This document shows positions 30,412 to 40,778 of a stretch of DNA of 64,000 bases, piece after piece. Origin of the DNA: Candidatus Latescibacterota bacterium. GTDB taxonomy: Bacteria; Latescibacterota; UBA2968. The translations under genes and the position numbers were made by a program. The stretch lies in the NCBI GenBank assembly GCA_965222605.1, contig OZ244960.1, positions 5,344,001-5,408,000 of the forward strand. The letters are read 5' to 3'. Position 1 is the stretch's first letter, and each line of letters opens with the position of its first letter. The notes beneath the pieces are model-generated. The model ran no database searches, was not told the DNA's origin, and saw only the letters and a list, made by a program, of their open reading frames with translations.

Positions 30412-31755
30412 TCACTTCAGATCACTTTCTTGCAACACGTATTTGATCTGTACATTCCCATCTTTATCGATGATTTTCATGTTTAGCTGGCGGTTTCCTT
30501 TGGGGCCTGAGAAAATGAGCATCCCGAAGTTGAAACCGGGATAGACTGTTGCAATACTCTGCGGGTTTCCGCGCCAGCCCGAGCGGGGTCTCTGGACGAT
30601 TGGGTCTGTCCTGACGGCGGCGTTGGAACTGAGTAATTCAAAGAGGGGATAGGTGTCTTGTCCCTCGCGATAGAGGCGGTTGAGTGTCCCAACGTGCCAA
30701 TCGCCCGCGATGAAGACGACGCCAGTGATGGCTTCGGAAAACATCCATTTCAGGAAGTCATCTCGCTCTGTGCCGAAATTGTCCCAGCGTTCGCCATTTG
30801 TGGTGAAGTCAACGACCATGCTATTTCCGTTGGCGATCACTTTGAACGTCGCCGTGCTCGCTTTCAGGGACGCTTTCAGCCAGTCGATCTGGCCCTGTCC
30901 GAACATGGTCTTGCGGTCTTCCGCCTCGTTTGGGTCCCGATGATACCGGTCGTCGAGCATGAAGAATTCGACATCGGAGATTCGAAACTTGTGGAAGATT
31001 CCCTTTGTCTGGGATGTGCCGCCGCCCGAATTTGGCCAATACCGTCGATACAGCTCAAGGGTCTCTTCTCGATAGGAGAATGTGCGATCGGAGTTGTTGG
31101 GGCCATAGTCGTGGTCGTCCCAGATCCCATAGCTGGGCGTCGTTGCCATGAGTGCTCTGATTTCTGGTACATGTCGCACTTCCCGATGATATCCGGCCAT
31201 TGCGTAGCGAACTGGATCCGGATCCTCGCCGTAGTGACTGGATCGTCCCGGCATGTAGTTGATGTCGCCGATAAAGAGAAATGCGTTTGGGCGGTGCTGT
31301 AAGACTTCTGAAAATGCAGGTTGCATGGGCTGTGTTCCCGGGTTTAGACAGGATCCGAATCCCACTGAAAAATCCGCGACGTAGGTTGAGTCATTCCGCC
31401 GCGGCTGCATCGCGGGCATTGTTCGGAATACCTGGGGAGCAAGTGCCCTTACCTGTTTTCCATTTACCAAAATCGCGTAGTGAACCCTCGTGTTCTGCAC
31501 AAGTCCGTTCAGTGTCACCGTGCCAGTGTGGGGATAGCTCTCTGAGGTCATGGTCTCGACTGCTGCGCGGGTAATCGTCATTGCTCTGCCCGTCTGTGTC
31601 CAGTAATCTACGGTGACCTTCGCTGGCGCGTCTGTCTCTACCCAGATTATCGCCGATGATGTCGTCGTGTGGCTTATCATCGGACCTGCAAGTAGTTCTG
31701 CGGCCATCATTCGTGTTGGAATAAGCATCAGTACCGTCAGGATCAAAATTCTCAT
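30412..31755 (-). CDS. Alkaline phosphatase D family (PhoD-like)
   Basis: Signal peptide, FGSC, GDINY, WDDHDYG, LDDRYHRD, AGDWH. Confidence 0.88.
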   Translation of the reverse strand: MRILILTVLMLIPTRMMAAELLAGPMISHTTTSSAIIWVETDAPAKVTVDYWTQTGRAMTITRAAVETMTSESYPHTGTVTLNGLVQNTRVHYAILVNGKQVRALAPQVFRTMPAMQPRRNDSTYVADFSVGFGSCLNPGTQPMQPAFSEVLQHRPNAFLFIGDINYMPGRSSHYGEDPDPVRYAMAGYHREVRHVPEIRALMATTPSYGIWDDHDYGPNNSDRTFSYREETLELYRRYWPNSGGGTSQTKGIFHKFRISDVEFFMLDDRYHRDPNEAEDRKTMFGQGQIDWLKASLKASTATFKVIANGNSMVVDFTTNGERWDNFGTERDDFLKWMFSEAITGVVFIAGDWHVGTLNRLYREGQDTYPLFELLSSNAAVRTDPIVQRPRSGWRGNPQSIATVYPGFNFGMLIFSGPKGNRQLNMKIIDKDGNVQIKYVLQESDLK

Positions 31756-31779
31756 TTCTCCTCCTCTTTAAAGGCTTTA

Positions 31780-32827
31780 ACGCGATGTGTGACTTCAAAA
31801 TTTTACGAGACCGTCAAAATCCAGCGGGTCTCTGTAATTGATAATATTGAGAAAGACACACATGGTATGGGTTAAGATTTTGGTATGCCACAGGTTCAAT
31901 AAGTGCCATGCATCTCGCACTTTCATGCGGGCAATATGTAAACGTTCTGTCAATTGTGCATAAACGGTTTCGACTAATCGCCTTGTGGCTTTCTTCGCTT
32001 TGGGCAAAATGAAAGGGGTGCGTTCAGGATTTTCTTTCATATTGGACTTTAAGGGTGTCTTTATGCGTATGCGGTAGGTATCAAAACACCTTTTTTGCCA
32101 GTCCAAGTCCATAAATGCCGCATCTGCCAAGACGGTTGTCTCTCCCATCGTACCATTCAGGAGTGCGTCTCGGCAGTTCTTGTCGTGTCCATACGCTTGC
32201 AGGATCGGCGCGTGGACAATAAGACCATAATCCGTGATCCTAAGGCCACCCTTAAAGCCAAAATATGCTTCACTTTTGGCGGCACAAAAGCCTTTTGAGG
32301 GGGGAGGGAACTCAAAGACTGGCTCTCTTGTAAATATCTTGCGATAATGTCGCCTTGCCAGTTTACAGATCGGTAAGGGTAGCGTATCTATGATCTGGCA
32401 GGATGCCTGATGCCCTTCCAAGCTGGCAACAATCCGCTGTTGCATCCACATCTTGACAACCCACAAATTGGCACATTGACGCACAAAGGCAGGACGGTCT
32501 TTCAAAGTGGGAAACCAATCTATGAAGTGTTCTTTCATCTGCTCATAAAGTTTTTTCTGGCTTGAATATCCCAAAAAGTGACCCACGATTTCTATGGTGA
32601 GGCATTCGGCATCACTTAAACCGGGGTCAAAGCCTGCCCGACGGGGCTTGCCATGCACCTTACAGAAAGCCGGATAGAGTTCGTCTTCAATAAAACAGTA
32701 GATTGCAATGACAAAAAGGTCTAAATTATACATCGGAGGTTCCTTTCGTTGAATGGCTTCTTGTTTAGTGAACAATTCAAGATAGCCGAGGAACCTCTTT
32801 TTCGCTATTTAAAGTCACACATCACGT
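31780..32827 (-). mobile_element. IS982-family IS (1048 bp) with 8-bp TSD AGGCTTTA
   Basis: IRs ACGCGATGTGTGACTT / AAGTCACACATCACGT; AGGCTTTA at 31772-31779 and 32828-32835. Confidence 0.9.
31795..32733 (-). CDS. IS982 family transposase
   Basis: LSDAECLT, IIDTLPLPIC, GFCAAK..YFGFK, LADAAF, RRLVETV. Confidence 0.88.
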   Translation of the reverse strand: MYNLDLFVIAIYCFIEDELYPAFCKVHGKPRRAGFDPGLSDAECLTIEIVGHFLGYSSQKKLYEQMKEHFIDWFPTLKDRPAFVRQCANLWVVKMWMQQRIVASLEGHQASCQIIDTLPLPICKLARRHYRKIFTREPVFEFPPPSKGFCAAKSEAYFGFKGGLRITDYGLIVHAPILQAYGHDKNCRDALLNGTMGETTVLADAAFMDLDWQKRCFDTYRIRIKTPLKSNMKENPERTPFILPKAKKATRRLVETVYAQLTERLHIARMKVRDAWHLLNLWHTKILTHTMCVFLNIINYRDPLDFDGLVKF

Positions 32828-32854
32828 AGGCTTTAGTAAGTTTTGAGTTGTTCA

Positions 32855-33844
32855 TTATGACTTCCAGGGGATAGGTACATTGATCTCTGTGGCAATGCGT
32901 TGCAACATGTCGAGATGTTCTTCGGTCAGCGGGATACCGCTTTGCTCGCGTGTTTGTTCGCGTTGCCATTCCAAACTGCCGGGGACTTCGGCGCTTGCCA
33001 ATCCCGGCATGGGGTTCAGTGACCGACTTTCGCGCAAAATGCGAGAAAGCTCCGTCTTGTAAGCTTCCAAATCGCCCAATCGAGCCACATCAATCGCCAC
33101 AATCATAAATCCTCGAGTGGCATTTGCAAATTTTGGTTTGTGCGATTCAGGTGTCGCTGTGCCCGCTAAAATACCCGCTAAGAACCACGATGTAAATCGC
33201 ATTCCCAAACTTTTAAAAATAAAATCTGGAAATGTCTGCAATGCCTCGGCGAGTTTGTTGCGGTCTTTCAGCATGTTCGCATTCATGTCCAGTACAAAAG
33301 GCGGGCCTTCTGCTGTTGGTATGCCAAAACACATCGGGGGTGCAGACATCGCATCCCATACCGTTGCATCGGGGCGCGTCGGTTTTTGCCAGGCGATTCC
33401 TCCTGCTACTGAAAAAGTCGCCAAATCGCGTGTTAGTCCCAGCCGCGCGTAAATCCCCGCACTGCCCACATGGCCGTGATTGCGCGTACACGCAACGGCA
33501 ATGCCATTTGTTTTTGCCTTTTCAATGACGGCCTCTGTTGCCCGTGTTGCCACGAGGTAACCCGCACCGCCGTCGCCGTCAAAAATCGCCATTGAAGGAG
33601 CATCCATGATTTGGGTAATTTCGGGCTGTGGGTTAATACGCCCTTCTCGAAACTCCGCCACATATCGGCGCAATTGGCGCGTACCGTGTGTGGCGACTCC
33701 GCGCAAATCCACATCTACCAGATAGCGCGCGATTAATGCAGCATCGCCATCGGGCAAATCGACTTTGCACAATACTTCGGTAGCAAAATCGCGCAACAGA
33801 TCAGGCATTATACGCCTGGCGTCTTTGGGGATATAAACGGGCAT
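32855..33844 (-). CDS. Ldh_2 (malate/L-lactate dehydrogenase, AllD-like) oxidoreductase
   Basis: DLRGVATHG, DGDGGAG, NHGHVG, PFVLDM. Confidence 0.85.
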   Translation of the reverse strand: MPVYIPKDARRIMPDLLRDFATEVLCKVDLPDGDAALIARYLVDVDLRGVATHGTRQLRRYVAEFREGRINPQPEITQIMDAPSMAIFDGDGGAGYLVATRATEAVIEKAKTNGIAVACTRNHGHVGSAGIYARLGLTRDLATFSVAGGIAWQKPTRPDATVWDAMSAPPMCFGIPTAEGPPFVLDMNANMLKDRNKLAEALQTFPDFIFKSLGMRFTSWFLAGILAGTATPESHKPKFANATRGFMIVAIDVARLGDLEAYKTELSRILRESRSLNPMPGLASAEVPGSLEWQREQTREQSGIPLTEEHLDMLQRIATEINVPIPWKS

Positions 33845-33866
33845 GGAAGTCTCCCATCTGAGGATG

Positions 33867-34886
33867 TCAGAAATCGTTTCGCACTTTCTCCGGCATTCCC
33901 GATCTGAGGGATGCCCAGCACGCAAGCCCCGTGGCGACGACCCTGGCTCCCTCGCGGACGCCAACCCAGGGTTTTGTGCCGTTCAGAACACAATCTGCCA
34001 TGTGCCGCAGCATGACGATCATCTCGCTGGCGTGGCCCCGCATGGATGAGAATTCTGCTGTGATCTTGCGCGAGGGCAGGTCGCCGGTTGGGTCGAGGCT
34101 TTTTACACCGTTGTGAATTGTGCCGCGGGTTCCATAGACGGTCAGGCTATTCATCGTGATGTCGTGCGGGTGTATGATACCGAGGAAATTTGCTATGCGT
34201 CCGATCTTTCCGGATTTGAACTTCACGTTGATGACGAAGTTGTCCTCCTGGGGATAGTCCGGGGAGACGCCGCTGCGCAGTCCGTAACAGTGGACTTCGT
34301 CGATGTCGCCCATAAACCAGCGCAGTAGATCGATCGGGTGGCAGGCGCCGCCCAGGATCAGGTCTTGCGGCATTTCGACCCGCCAGGGAGAGTAATCATA
34401 GACAGGGCGGAGGTCGTGAACGTAGTGGGCTTCGGCCATGAAGAGTTCGCCGATCTCCCCAGCATCGCAGGCGCGCTTTGCTTCGATGAAGTCATATCTC
34501 CCGCGCATACTCTGTGTGACGAGCAACACTTTTCCGGATCTGTCAACGGCTTCTACGACCTGCTCTACTTCTTCCATTGTGTACACCATCGACTTGGTGA
34601 CCATTACGTGCTTGCCCGCGTCGAGCGCGGTCAGGATTTGCTGTGCGTGGAGTGGCCCGGGCGTGTAGATGCCGATGATGTCGAGGTCTCTTCGCGCGAC
34701 CAGTTCGTCGAAGTCGGATGTGAGGGCGTCAATCCCGTATTCGTGGCCGAGTGCTTCGAGCTTGTCCTGTCGCGTGTCGCACAGGGCGGTGACGCGGATC
34801 GGCAGGGCACTGTTTTCCGGCTGGTTGGCGCCAAGCAGCGTTCTGCCGTGGCCAAGTCCGGCGACGCCGATGCGGAGGTGGCTCAT
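33867..34886 (-). CDS. Gfo/Idh/MocA oxidoreductase
   Basis: GVAGLGHG, GKHVMVTK, GGACHPIDLLRW. Confidence 0.88.
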   Translation of the reverse strand: MSHLRIGVAGLGHGRTLLGANQPENSALPIRVTALCDTRQDKLEALGHEYGIDALTSDFDELVARRDLDIIGIYTPGPLHAQQILTALDAGKHVMVTKSMVYTMEEVEQVVEAVDRSGKVLLVTQSMRGRYDFIEAKRACDAGEIGELFMAEAHYVHDLRPVYDYSPWRVEMPQDLILGGACHPIDLLRWFMGDIDEVHCYGLRSGVSPDYPQEDNFVINVKFKSGKIGRIANFLGIIHPHDITMNSLTVYGTRGTIHNGVKSLDPTGDLPSRKITAEFSSMRGHASEMIVMLRHMADCVLNGTKPWVGVREGARVVATGLACWASLRSGMPEKVRNDF

Positions 34887-34947
34887 TTTCGTTTTTCTCC
34901 CGGTTGATATTGCTGATCGCGTTGTCAAAAAGGTATTCGAGGTGGAA

Positions 34948-36171
34948 CTACTGTTCTGTCCAACTCGCGATGAAGTCCGCAGTGCCGTAGTCCGCGGGCA
35001 TTTCGTTAAAGTAGTGTTTCATAGGGATGGACTGGAAGCCCGGCACAAAGTGTTCCTCGTCCGATTGGAGCAGTGCTTCGAGCGGACTGAATCGATCCCA
35101 AAGTGTGCATGCCTCATCAGAGGTGAATCGATCCGCGAATTTCGGTCCCCAGTTGAACGTGATGGGGTGTGTCCCCAGAACGCGGCGTTGGAGGTCTTCG
35201 GCGATTCCCCGAAGTGGGGGATTTTTTCGCTGTCGAATCGCAAGTGCCGCTTTGCAGAGGAAGACCGTTGACAGAATTCTGCCTTTTTCGGCTCGCTCCG
35301 GATGGAGGCGGTCCAGGGCGTTTAGATACGCGGTGCCATCTCTGGAGAGAACGGCTCTCAGCGCGGATTCCGTATGCTGCTTCATCTGTTCGCTGCGGTT
35401 GTTCCAGCGTGCGAACGCCTCCTGCGCCTGAGGAGATATGTAATTGGTAAACGAGAGGTCGTCGATTGAAGTGTGGGTCGAGAAGCCACCGTGAATGGTT
35501 CGCCGCATTTTGGGGCTGTAGTTGCTGCCCCAGTGGAGGATCGGGAGGATATAGACGACGCCGTCACCGGCTTCGAGATGGGTCTGCAAGGCATTGGGCA
35601 GCGGGCGGCAGGGATCTGCCAACAGTAGCTCGTTTTCTTCGGGGGTGTTCAACCGCAGATGACTGCCCGGTACCACCCAGAGGACGCTGTCGTCGTAGAG
35701 CGGGATGTTCCACTGGACGTAACGCGGACCTCCTTCGAGGATGTCGTCGATATAGCCCTGGAGCGGTGCTGTATCTATCGGATGGAGATCGCGGTGCCAC
35801 TTTGCCGGGCCGTGATGCCTGACGGGATTGCACATCATCATCATTTCTGTGACGGCTCCATCCGCTACATTGAGAAGCTCCGTGCTGACCCCGTGGATGT
35901 TCTCCTCGAGCCATACTTCGACTGCTGGCGCAGTCTCCTGGTCAATCTGATTGACGAGCGGCTGCCTTGAGAGTTGCAGGCGAGGCTGTGGCGCTGTTTC
36001 CCATACGCCTCCAGGTGGATCATTTTCTGCACGCTCGGCCTTCCAGTTTTCGCGTTGGCGGTTGACGAGCGTTTCGTACGCCTGACGCACGCGTTCGAGT
36101 TTGTCGCGTGGCACGGCTTCCTTAACAATGAGGTAGCCGGTTTCCAAGATTTCGTCGCGATTGAGTTGCAT
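34948..36171 (-). CDS. PhyH family dioxygenase with a C-terminal extension
   Basis: WHRD, VVPGSH, ILHWGS. Confidence 0.8.
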   Translation of the reverse strand: MQLNRDEILETGYLIVKEAVPRDKLERVRQAYETLVNRQRENWKAERAENDPPGGVWETAPQPRLQLSRQPLVNQIDQETAPAVEVWLEENIHGVSTELLNVADGAVTEMMMMCNPVRHHGPAKWHRDLHPIDTAPLQGYIDDILEGGPRYVQWNIPLYDDSVLWVVPGSHLRLNTPEENELLLADPCRPLPNALQTHLEAGDGVVYILPILHWGSNYSPKMRRTIHGGFSTHTSIDDLSFTNYISPQAQEAFARWNNRSEQMKQHTESALRAVLSRDGTAYLNALDRLHPERAEKGRILSTVFLCKAALAIRQRKNPPLRGIAEDLQRRVLGTHPITFNWGPKFADRFTSDEACTLWDRFSPLEALLQSDEEHFVPGFQSIPMKHYFNEMPADYGTADFIASWTEQ

Positions 36172-36326
36172 AGCTGACTCCAATCGGGGTGAAGGAGTGT
36201 TAGTGCAAATGAATCTATTACACGTTGGTGCAAGCAGGGTACGGTGGGGAATCCCTTGACTTTCAAGAGGTCTCTGTTGTACTTTCGATTATCCCAAATA
36301 TAGCAAATCTATCAAGGAGAAACGAG

Positions 36327-36560
36327 ATGTCTGCGCCATCTCTTCTTGCTGAATTAGAAGAAAACATTCGTCGGTTGTCTTTAGATGATCAATTGTTGCT
36401 TATTGAGCGGATGAGCCACCGGATACGAACTGATATTTCTGGTAAAACTGATATAGATGCTCAATTGAGTGAAATGGCCGCTGATCCTGAAATCCAAAAG
36501 GAACTTCAGGAAATTGAGCATGACTTCTCAGCCACAGAGCAAGATGGGCTGGATGATTAA
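36327..36560 (+). CDS. Putative antitoxin upstream of PemK/MazF
   Basis: MAADPEIQKEL; stop overlaps the toxin start (TAATG). Confidence 0.75.
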   Translation: MSAPSLLAELEENIRRLSLDDQLLLIERMSHRIRTDISGKTDIDAQLSEMAADPEIQKELQEIEHDFSATEQDGLDD

Positions 36561-36907
36561 TGGCTATTGAGCGTGGTGAAATATACTTCGTGAACCTCAA
36601 CCCGGTGAAAGGACGCGAGCAAGCGGGCCAACGTCCTGTATTGGTTCTGTCCATAGATGCAATTAATCGCTTGCCTCTTGTCGTGACCGTTGTTGTAGGT
36701 ACCAATGGTGCCAACATCACACGGGATTATCCTACAAATATTCGACTGAAGTCAGCAGAAACGGGTTTAGATTTGGAAACTGTTTTCCTTGGGTTTCAGA
36801 TTCGATCATTGGATTCAAAACGTTTTCCGGATCATGCAACAGGTCGAATTTCAGGAGCAACTTTAGAAAAAGTGGAAGCTGTTGTTCGGTATTGTCTCGG
36901 TCTGTAG
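36560..36907 (+). CDS. mazF: PemK/MazF family toxin
   Basis: RGEIYFVNLNPVKGREQAGQRPVLVLS, QIRSLD. Confidence 0.92.
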   Translation: MAIERGEIYFVNLNPVKGREQAGQRPVLVLSIDAINRLPLVVTVVVGTNGANITRDYPTNIRLKSAETGLDLETVFLGFQIRSLDSKRFPDHATGRISGATLEKVEAVVRYCLGL

Positions 36908-36976
36908 GTGTCTTTCGGTTTTCGCTAAATATAGAAAAACTCACCGCTGGCCCAAATTTTTAGGCGAGGGCACTTT

Positions 36977-37450
36977 CTACCCGGTCCGGATAAGTATGAA
37001 ATCTTCATCATCGCTCGGAGGTTCAAAGCGATTGACGAATTCTGTAAATGCTTGATCGTTGATCCAAAGTGCGTCCTCGTCACTTTTCGAACGAGTTAGA
37101 ATCCGCTTCCGAAGCACGTCAATTGGAGCGTCGAGAAAATAAAGTTTTGATTCCGCGCCTATGGCGGCAGCCGCTTGCCTGACATTTTCGCGCTCTCTTT
37201 TCCGCCAGAATCCCTTATCAAGTATGACATCTGTGCCGAGGGCGAGATTGCGCGTGGCAATGCGCCAGATCAGGTTGGAAACGCGGTTGAAAAGTGCTTC
37301 AAATTGCTCGGTAGAGGGCGATCTGCCAAAAAGCTGAACGATCCACTCGTCATAGGTATATCGCATGGCCTTGTGGGTCTTCTCAAGTTCCCGAGCAAAA
37401 GTGGTCTTGCCCGAACCCGGCTGGCCACAGAGTAGGTGAACAGTCGCCAT
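36977..37450 (-). CDS. AAA_33 P-loop kinase-like protein
   Basis: GQPGSGKTT, DVILDKGFW, FEPPSDDE. Confidence 0.82.
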   Translation of the reverse strand: MATVHLLCGQPGSGKTTFARELEKTHKAMRYTYDEWIVQLFGRSPSTEQFEALFNRVSNLIWRIATRNLALGTDVILDKGFWRKRERENVRQAAAAIGAESKLYFLDAPIDVLRKRILTRSKSDEDALWINDQAFTEFVNRFEPPSDDEDFILIRTG

Positions 37451-37474
37451 CGTATTTGATCGATACCTCTTTTT

Positions 37475-38290
37475 TTAATCATCTGGTCTTTGTCCAATGT
37501 AGAGTATGTGTCTGGATGAAGCCACCATGCTTTGTTCTGAACTGATTTCGAATAGGAGATCCAACCAGAGGTCTCTCTGCTTTCCTTTAAGCGTGTTATA
37601 GCTCTCGTCGTTTGCAGAGATAGCTGGCTCGACACCTGCAATTTTGAGGGTGCGGAATCCCACGCGCTCATGCATGGGGGCGATTTCTTCCTGCCGAACA
37701 TAATAGCCCCGAAAGCCACCTCTTGGGACATTGGCGGGACGATGGCCGTGTTCTATATGTGACCAAACCGCTTCCTGATTCTCAATCCACGAAGGGTTGT
37801 CCTTGATGAGGTCCCCAAGAATACCAAATCTGGAAATCAGTGCAGAAAAGATCACGCCCTCTGGTTTTAGACAGGCGTGGGCGGCCCGCAGAGTTGCTAT
37901 TCGGTCAGCTTCAAGTAATAGGTGATAAAGAGGCCCCATGAGGAGAACAGCCTCGAACTCGCCACGCGGAATCCCATCCAGTTTGCGCGCATCGCCAGTG
38001 CGGAAATCGATTTGATCAGAGATCCCAAGCTCTTCCGCTTTCGCCTTGCATCGGGTGACGTACTCGTCGGCGAGGTCAATAGCCGTGATCTGGTAGCCTC
38101 GCTTTGCCAGAGAAAAGGTGTAAAATCCCGTGCCGAAACCAATTTCGAGGAGTCTGCCGCGAGGTGGGAGGTATAGATTCAGATAACGCCAGGTGATATC
38201 CGCTTCGAGTTGGTGGCGTTCCAACCTGTTTGCTTCAGCATCCCATGCAGCATTGTAAAATTCGCGTATGTCGGTCAGGTCGTCCATCAT
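37475..38290 (-). CDS. Class I SAM-dependent methyltransferase
   Basis: LEIGFGTG, GDAR, LLMGPLYHL. Confidence 0.88.
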   Translation of the reverse strand: MMDDLTDIREFYNAAWDAEANRLERHQLEADITWRYLNLYLPPRGRLLEIGFGTGFYTFSLAKRGYQITAIDLADEYVTRCKAKAEELGISDQIDFRTGDARKLDGIPRGEFEAVLLMGPLYHLLLEADRIATLRAAHACLKPEGVIFSALISRFGILGDLIKDNPSWIENQEAVWSHIEHGHRPANVPRGGFRGYYVRQEEIAPMHERVGFRTLKIAGVEPAISANDESYNTLKGKQRDLWLDLLFEISSEQSMVASSRHILYIGQRPDD

Positions 38291-38327
38291 GTCAAAGGAT
38301 TGTTCTATATATATGTGGCACTTTTCA

Positions 38328-39410
38328 TTACCTCGGCTCGTTGGGATATAAATCCCCTACATATTGGTCATATCCGTTGAACAGCAGAGTCGGACGCATT
38401 TCGGGGTTCGAAGCATTGGTGGTGATGAACCGTTCCTGGGCTTGAGACCACCGGGGATGATCGACCTTGGGATTGACATTGGCAAAGAAGCCGTATTCCC
38501 TTGGGACGAGCGTATTCCAAAAGGTTCTCGGTTGATCGCGGACAAACTCAATGCTCACAAGTGATTTGAGGCTCTTAAAACCGTACTTCCAGGGCACGAC
38601 CAGGCGGATAGGCGACCCGTGCTGGTTGGGCATTTCGTGACCGTAAATTCCCGTGCCTATAAAAGCGAGTTCGTTTGCCGCTTCTTCAATCGTCAGCCCC
38701 TCAACATAGGGCCAGGGCCACTGGGGATTGTTAAACTGTCCAATAGCCTGATTTGGGTCCAAAAAGGTTGTCATCTTGACGAATTTTGCTGTAGAAAGCG
38801 GTTGCACCGCGTCTAAGAGCGCTTTCATCGGAAAACCAGTCCAGGGTATCGCCATAGACCAGGCCTCCACACACCGCAAGCGGTAAAGCCGCTCTTCCAG
38901 CGGCAGAGTGCGGACCAGATCGCCAAAATCGTATGTCTTTTCCTGCGGGACCTCTCCTTTGATTACCACTGTCCAGGGGTCTGTCATGAAGTTTTCCGAT
39001 AGGGGTTTCACCAGATCCTTTCTGGTGCTGAATTCATAAAAATTATTGTACGATCCGGCAATTGACTCCTCGGTTAAAGGCCGGTCCAGTTCCTTGAATT
39101 CATCATTGAGCCTGGCAGGATAAAGCGGTTGCGGTGGCTGTGGTGGCTGCGGCGGTGGCGGTGGTTGCGGCGGTTGTTGTGGCGGCTGCGGCTGCGGCGG
39201 TTGTTGCGGTGGTTGTGGCTGTGGCGGTTGCTGAGGCTCCTCAGTCGGCGTAGAGGGTGGTTTTTCAGCAGGGGAAAAAATCCTCTCATGCCCGCAGCCT
39301 GTTAGTAGCCCCACCGCGCCTCCTGCGGCCATCATAAACTTCCGCCGGTTCATATATACATCTTCCGGCGTCGCCTCTCTCTCGGGTATTTCCCAACCTC
39401 GTTTTGGCAT
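38328..39410 (-). CDS. msrP: Protein-methionine-sulfoxide reductase catalytic subunit MsrP with a Pro/Gln linker
   Basis: Tat RRKF, YNNFYEF, YRLRCVEAWS, QHGSPIRLVVPWKYGFKS, ANVNP..DHPRWSQ. Confidence 0.93.
   Translation of the reverse strand: MPKRGWEIPEREATPEDVYMNRRKFMMAAGGAVGLLTGCGHERIFSPAEKPPSTPTEEPQQPPQPQPPQQPPQPQPPQQPPQPPPPPQPPQPPQPLYPARLNDEFKELDRPLTEESIAGSYNNFYEFSTRKDLVKPLSENFMTDPWTVVIKGEVPQEKTYDFGDLVRTLPLEERLYRLRCVEAWSMAIPWTGFPMKALLDAVQPLSTAKFVKMTTFLDPNQAIGQFNNPQWPWPYVEGLTIEEAANELAFIGTGIYGHEMPNQHGSPIRLVVPWKYGFKSLKSLVSIEFVRDQPRTFWNTLVPREYGFFANVNPKVDHPRWSQAQERFITTNASNPEMRPTLLFNGYDQYVGDLYPNEPR
39126..39240. repeat. Low-complexity trinucleotide-like repeat encoding PQQPPQPQ...
   Basis: Array of TGG/CGG/TTG/CTG triplets within msrP. 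Confidence 0.85.
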
Positions 39411-39436
39411 ATAAACCTCCTTGATCAGGTCCCGGC

Positions 39437-40288
39437 TTATCGCTTAAGTGATATCCCAAACAAAAACGTATTTCCCGCAGCGGTATTGCAGCCCGCTGCA
39501 ATGTGAATCATATCCACACTCAGTTCCAGCCAATCGGTTAAACGGTAAATCACTCCGGGGGAGAGTTTTAAGACATTCTGATCACCGATCAGTTCCACCT
39601 CTCCAACCGGGTTGCACGTTCCAAAGGTACGGATACCCGAAAGATACCCCTTGAACAGGAACCGGTCCACCGTAATCCCAGCTTCCAGAGCATAAAACCA
39701 TTCATTAGTGAAGTTCCCTCCACGGATCCGGTAGCCGACCTCTCCGGTCACATAAATCGGAGCGGGGTACAGAGATTGACCCAATAGTATCCGAACATCT
39801 GCATCCACCTTTTTGGAACTCAGGGGAACCCGCGTGTTGAGATCTTCATCGTACCACAGCGGAATTTTACCCCCCACAGCAATCGATGCGACCACGGGCT
39901 GGTTGGCTAAAAGCCATCGCAAACGCATTTCCATATCGCCAAAACCCCACCTGCGCTCCAGTGCCGTTCCCGTAACAACCGAATTGAGATCTCTCAAGGT
40001 GCGGGTATCCCGTAGCTGTTTGTAGGGGACAGACGACACAAGTGTGAGCCGGTCCAGCAGGCCGTATTCCAGATAGGCTGAATAATTGAGGTCTCTCAGT
40101 TCCCCCATATTCGCCTTCTGAATCTGCTTGCCATTGGCATCGATATCCCTGGTTGAGTTCAAATAGCCGGCTGCAACCTTGAAATAATAGCCACCCTTTT
40201 TCTGGGTCCACGCCCCGGCAAAGGCCGCAGACGCCAGGCCCAGATAGGCGGCACAAATCGCGATAAAAAACAGGCTTCGATGAATCAT
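39437..40288 (-). CDS. Secreted / outer-membrane beta-barrel-like hypothetical protein
   Basis: Signal AFAGAWTQKKG, YLEYGL.DRLT, GFGDME. Confidence 0.65.
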   Translation of the reverse strand: MIHRSLFFIAICAAYLGLASAAFAGAWTQKKGGYYFKVAAGYLNSTRDIDANGKQIQKANMGELRDLNYSAYLEYGLLDRLTLVSSVPYKQLRDTRTLRDLNSVVTGTALERRWGFGDMEMRLRWLLANQPVVASIAVGGKIPLWYDEDLNTRVPLSSKKVDADVRILLGQSLYPAPIYVTGEVGYRIRGGNFTNEWFYALEAGITVDRFLFKGYLSGIRTFGTCNPVGEVELIGDQNVLKLSPGVIYRLTDWLELSVDMIHIAAGCNTAAGNTFLFGISLKR

Positions 40289-40389
40289 ATGTTTATTCCT
40301 ATCTGATTTTAAGACCTTCTTCTAAATTGTACGATAAACTTTTTAAAACATTGCAAGACAAATGATTGTGGATAAAAAAGTATCCAGAT

Positions 40390-40436
40390 ATGAATGATCC
40401 ACACGTTGGGTTCTTTGTAATAGCCGATGTTGTTTT
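40390..40436 (-). pseudogene. Displaced, diverged 3' stump of the GNAT gene at 43385
   Basis: 42/47 nt identical to 43394-43440 (NNIGYYKEPNVWIIH vs NNIGYHEEPNVWIIH). Confidence 0.85.
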
Positions 40437-40689
40437 ATACAGGCTGGAGTATGGCTTCAGTTTCAATTTCCGCTCGTGCTACCTCGTAACCTGCCGATTT
40501 TACATTTGCGATGGCTGAACAAATAGCTGCTTCCAGGGAATCTCCCTCTCGGTGAAAATCAATCGAAAAGACACCGTTGCATATCCCTGGTGTTCCATCG
40601 TCACAACCGACCTCGAACAATTCGTCTGCAATTGCTTCTGTCAGTTCGAACTGGCCTTTGAGAATTAAGGTAAACTCGTATTTGGTCAT
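40435..40689 (-). CDS. Orphan antitoxin-like protein (HicB-like fold); toxin reduced to a stump
   Basis: YEFTLIL...LFEVGCDDGT...DFHREGDSLEAAI..A; upstream VDRCPHHL* at 40716-40742. Confidence 0.65.
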   Translation of the reverse strand: MTKYEFTLILKGQFELTEAIADELFEVGCDDGTPGICNGVFSIDFHREGDSLEAAICSAIANVKSAGYEVARAEIETEAILQPV

Positions 40690-40778
40690 TGGACTTAACC
40701 TTTCCAATTTACAGTTTACAGATGATGCGGGCAACGGTCAACTGGGCTCTGATCTCCGAAATATCTGTAAAAAAACTT

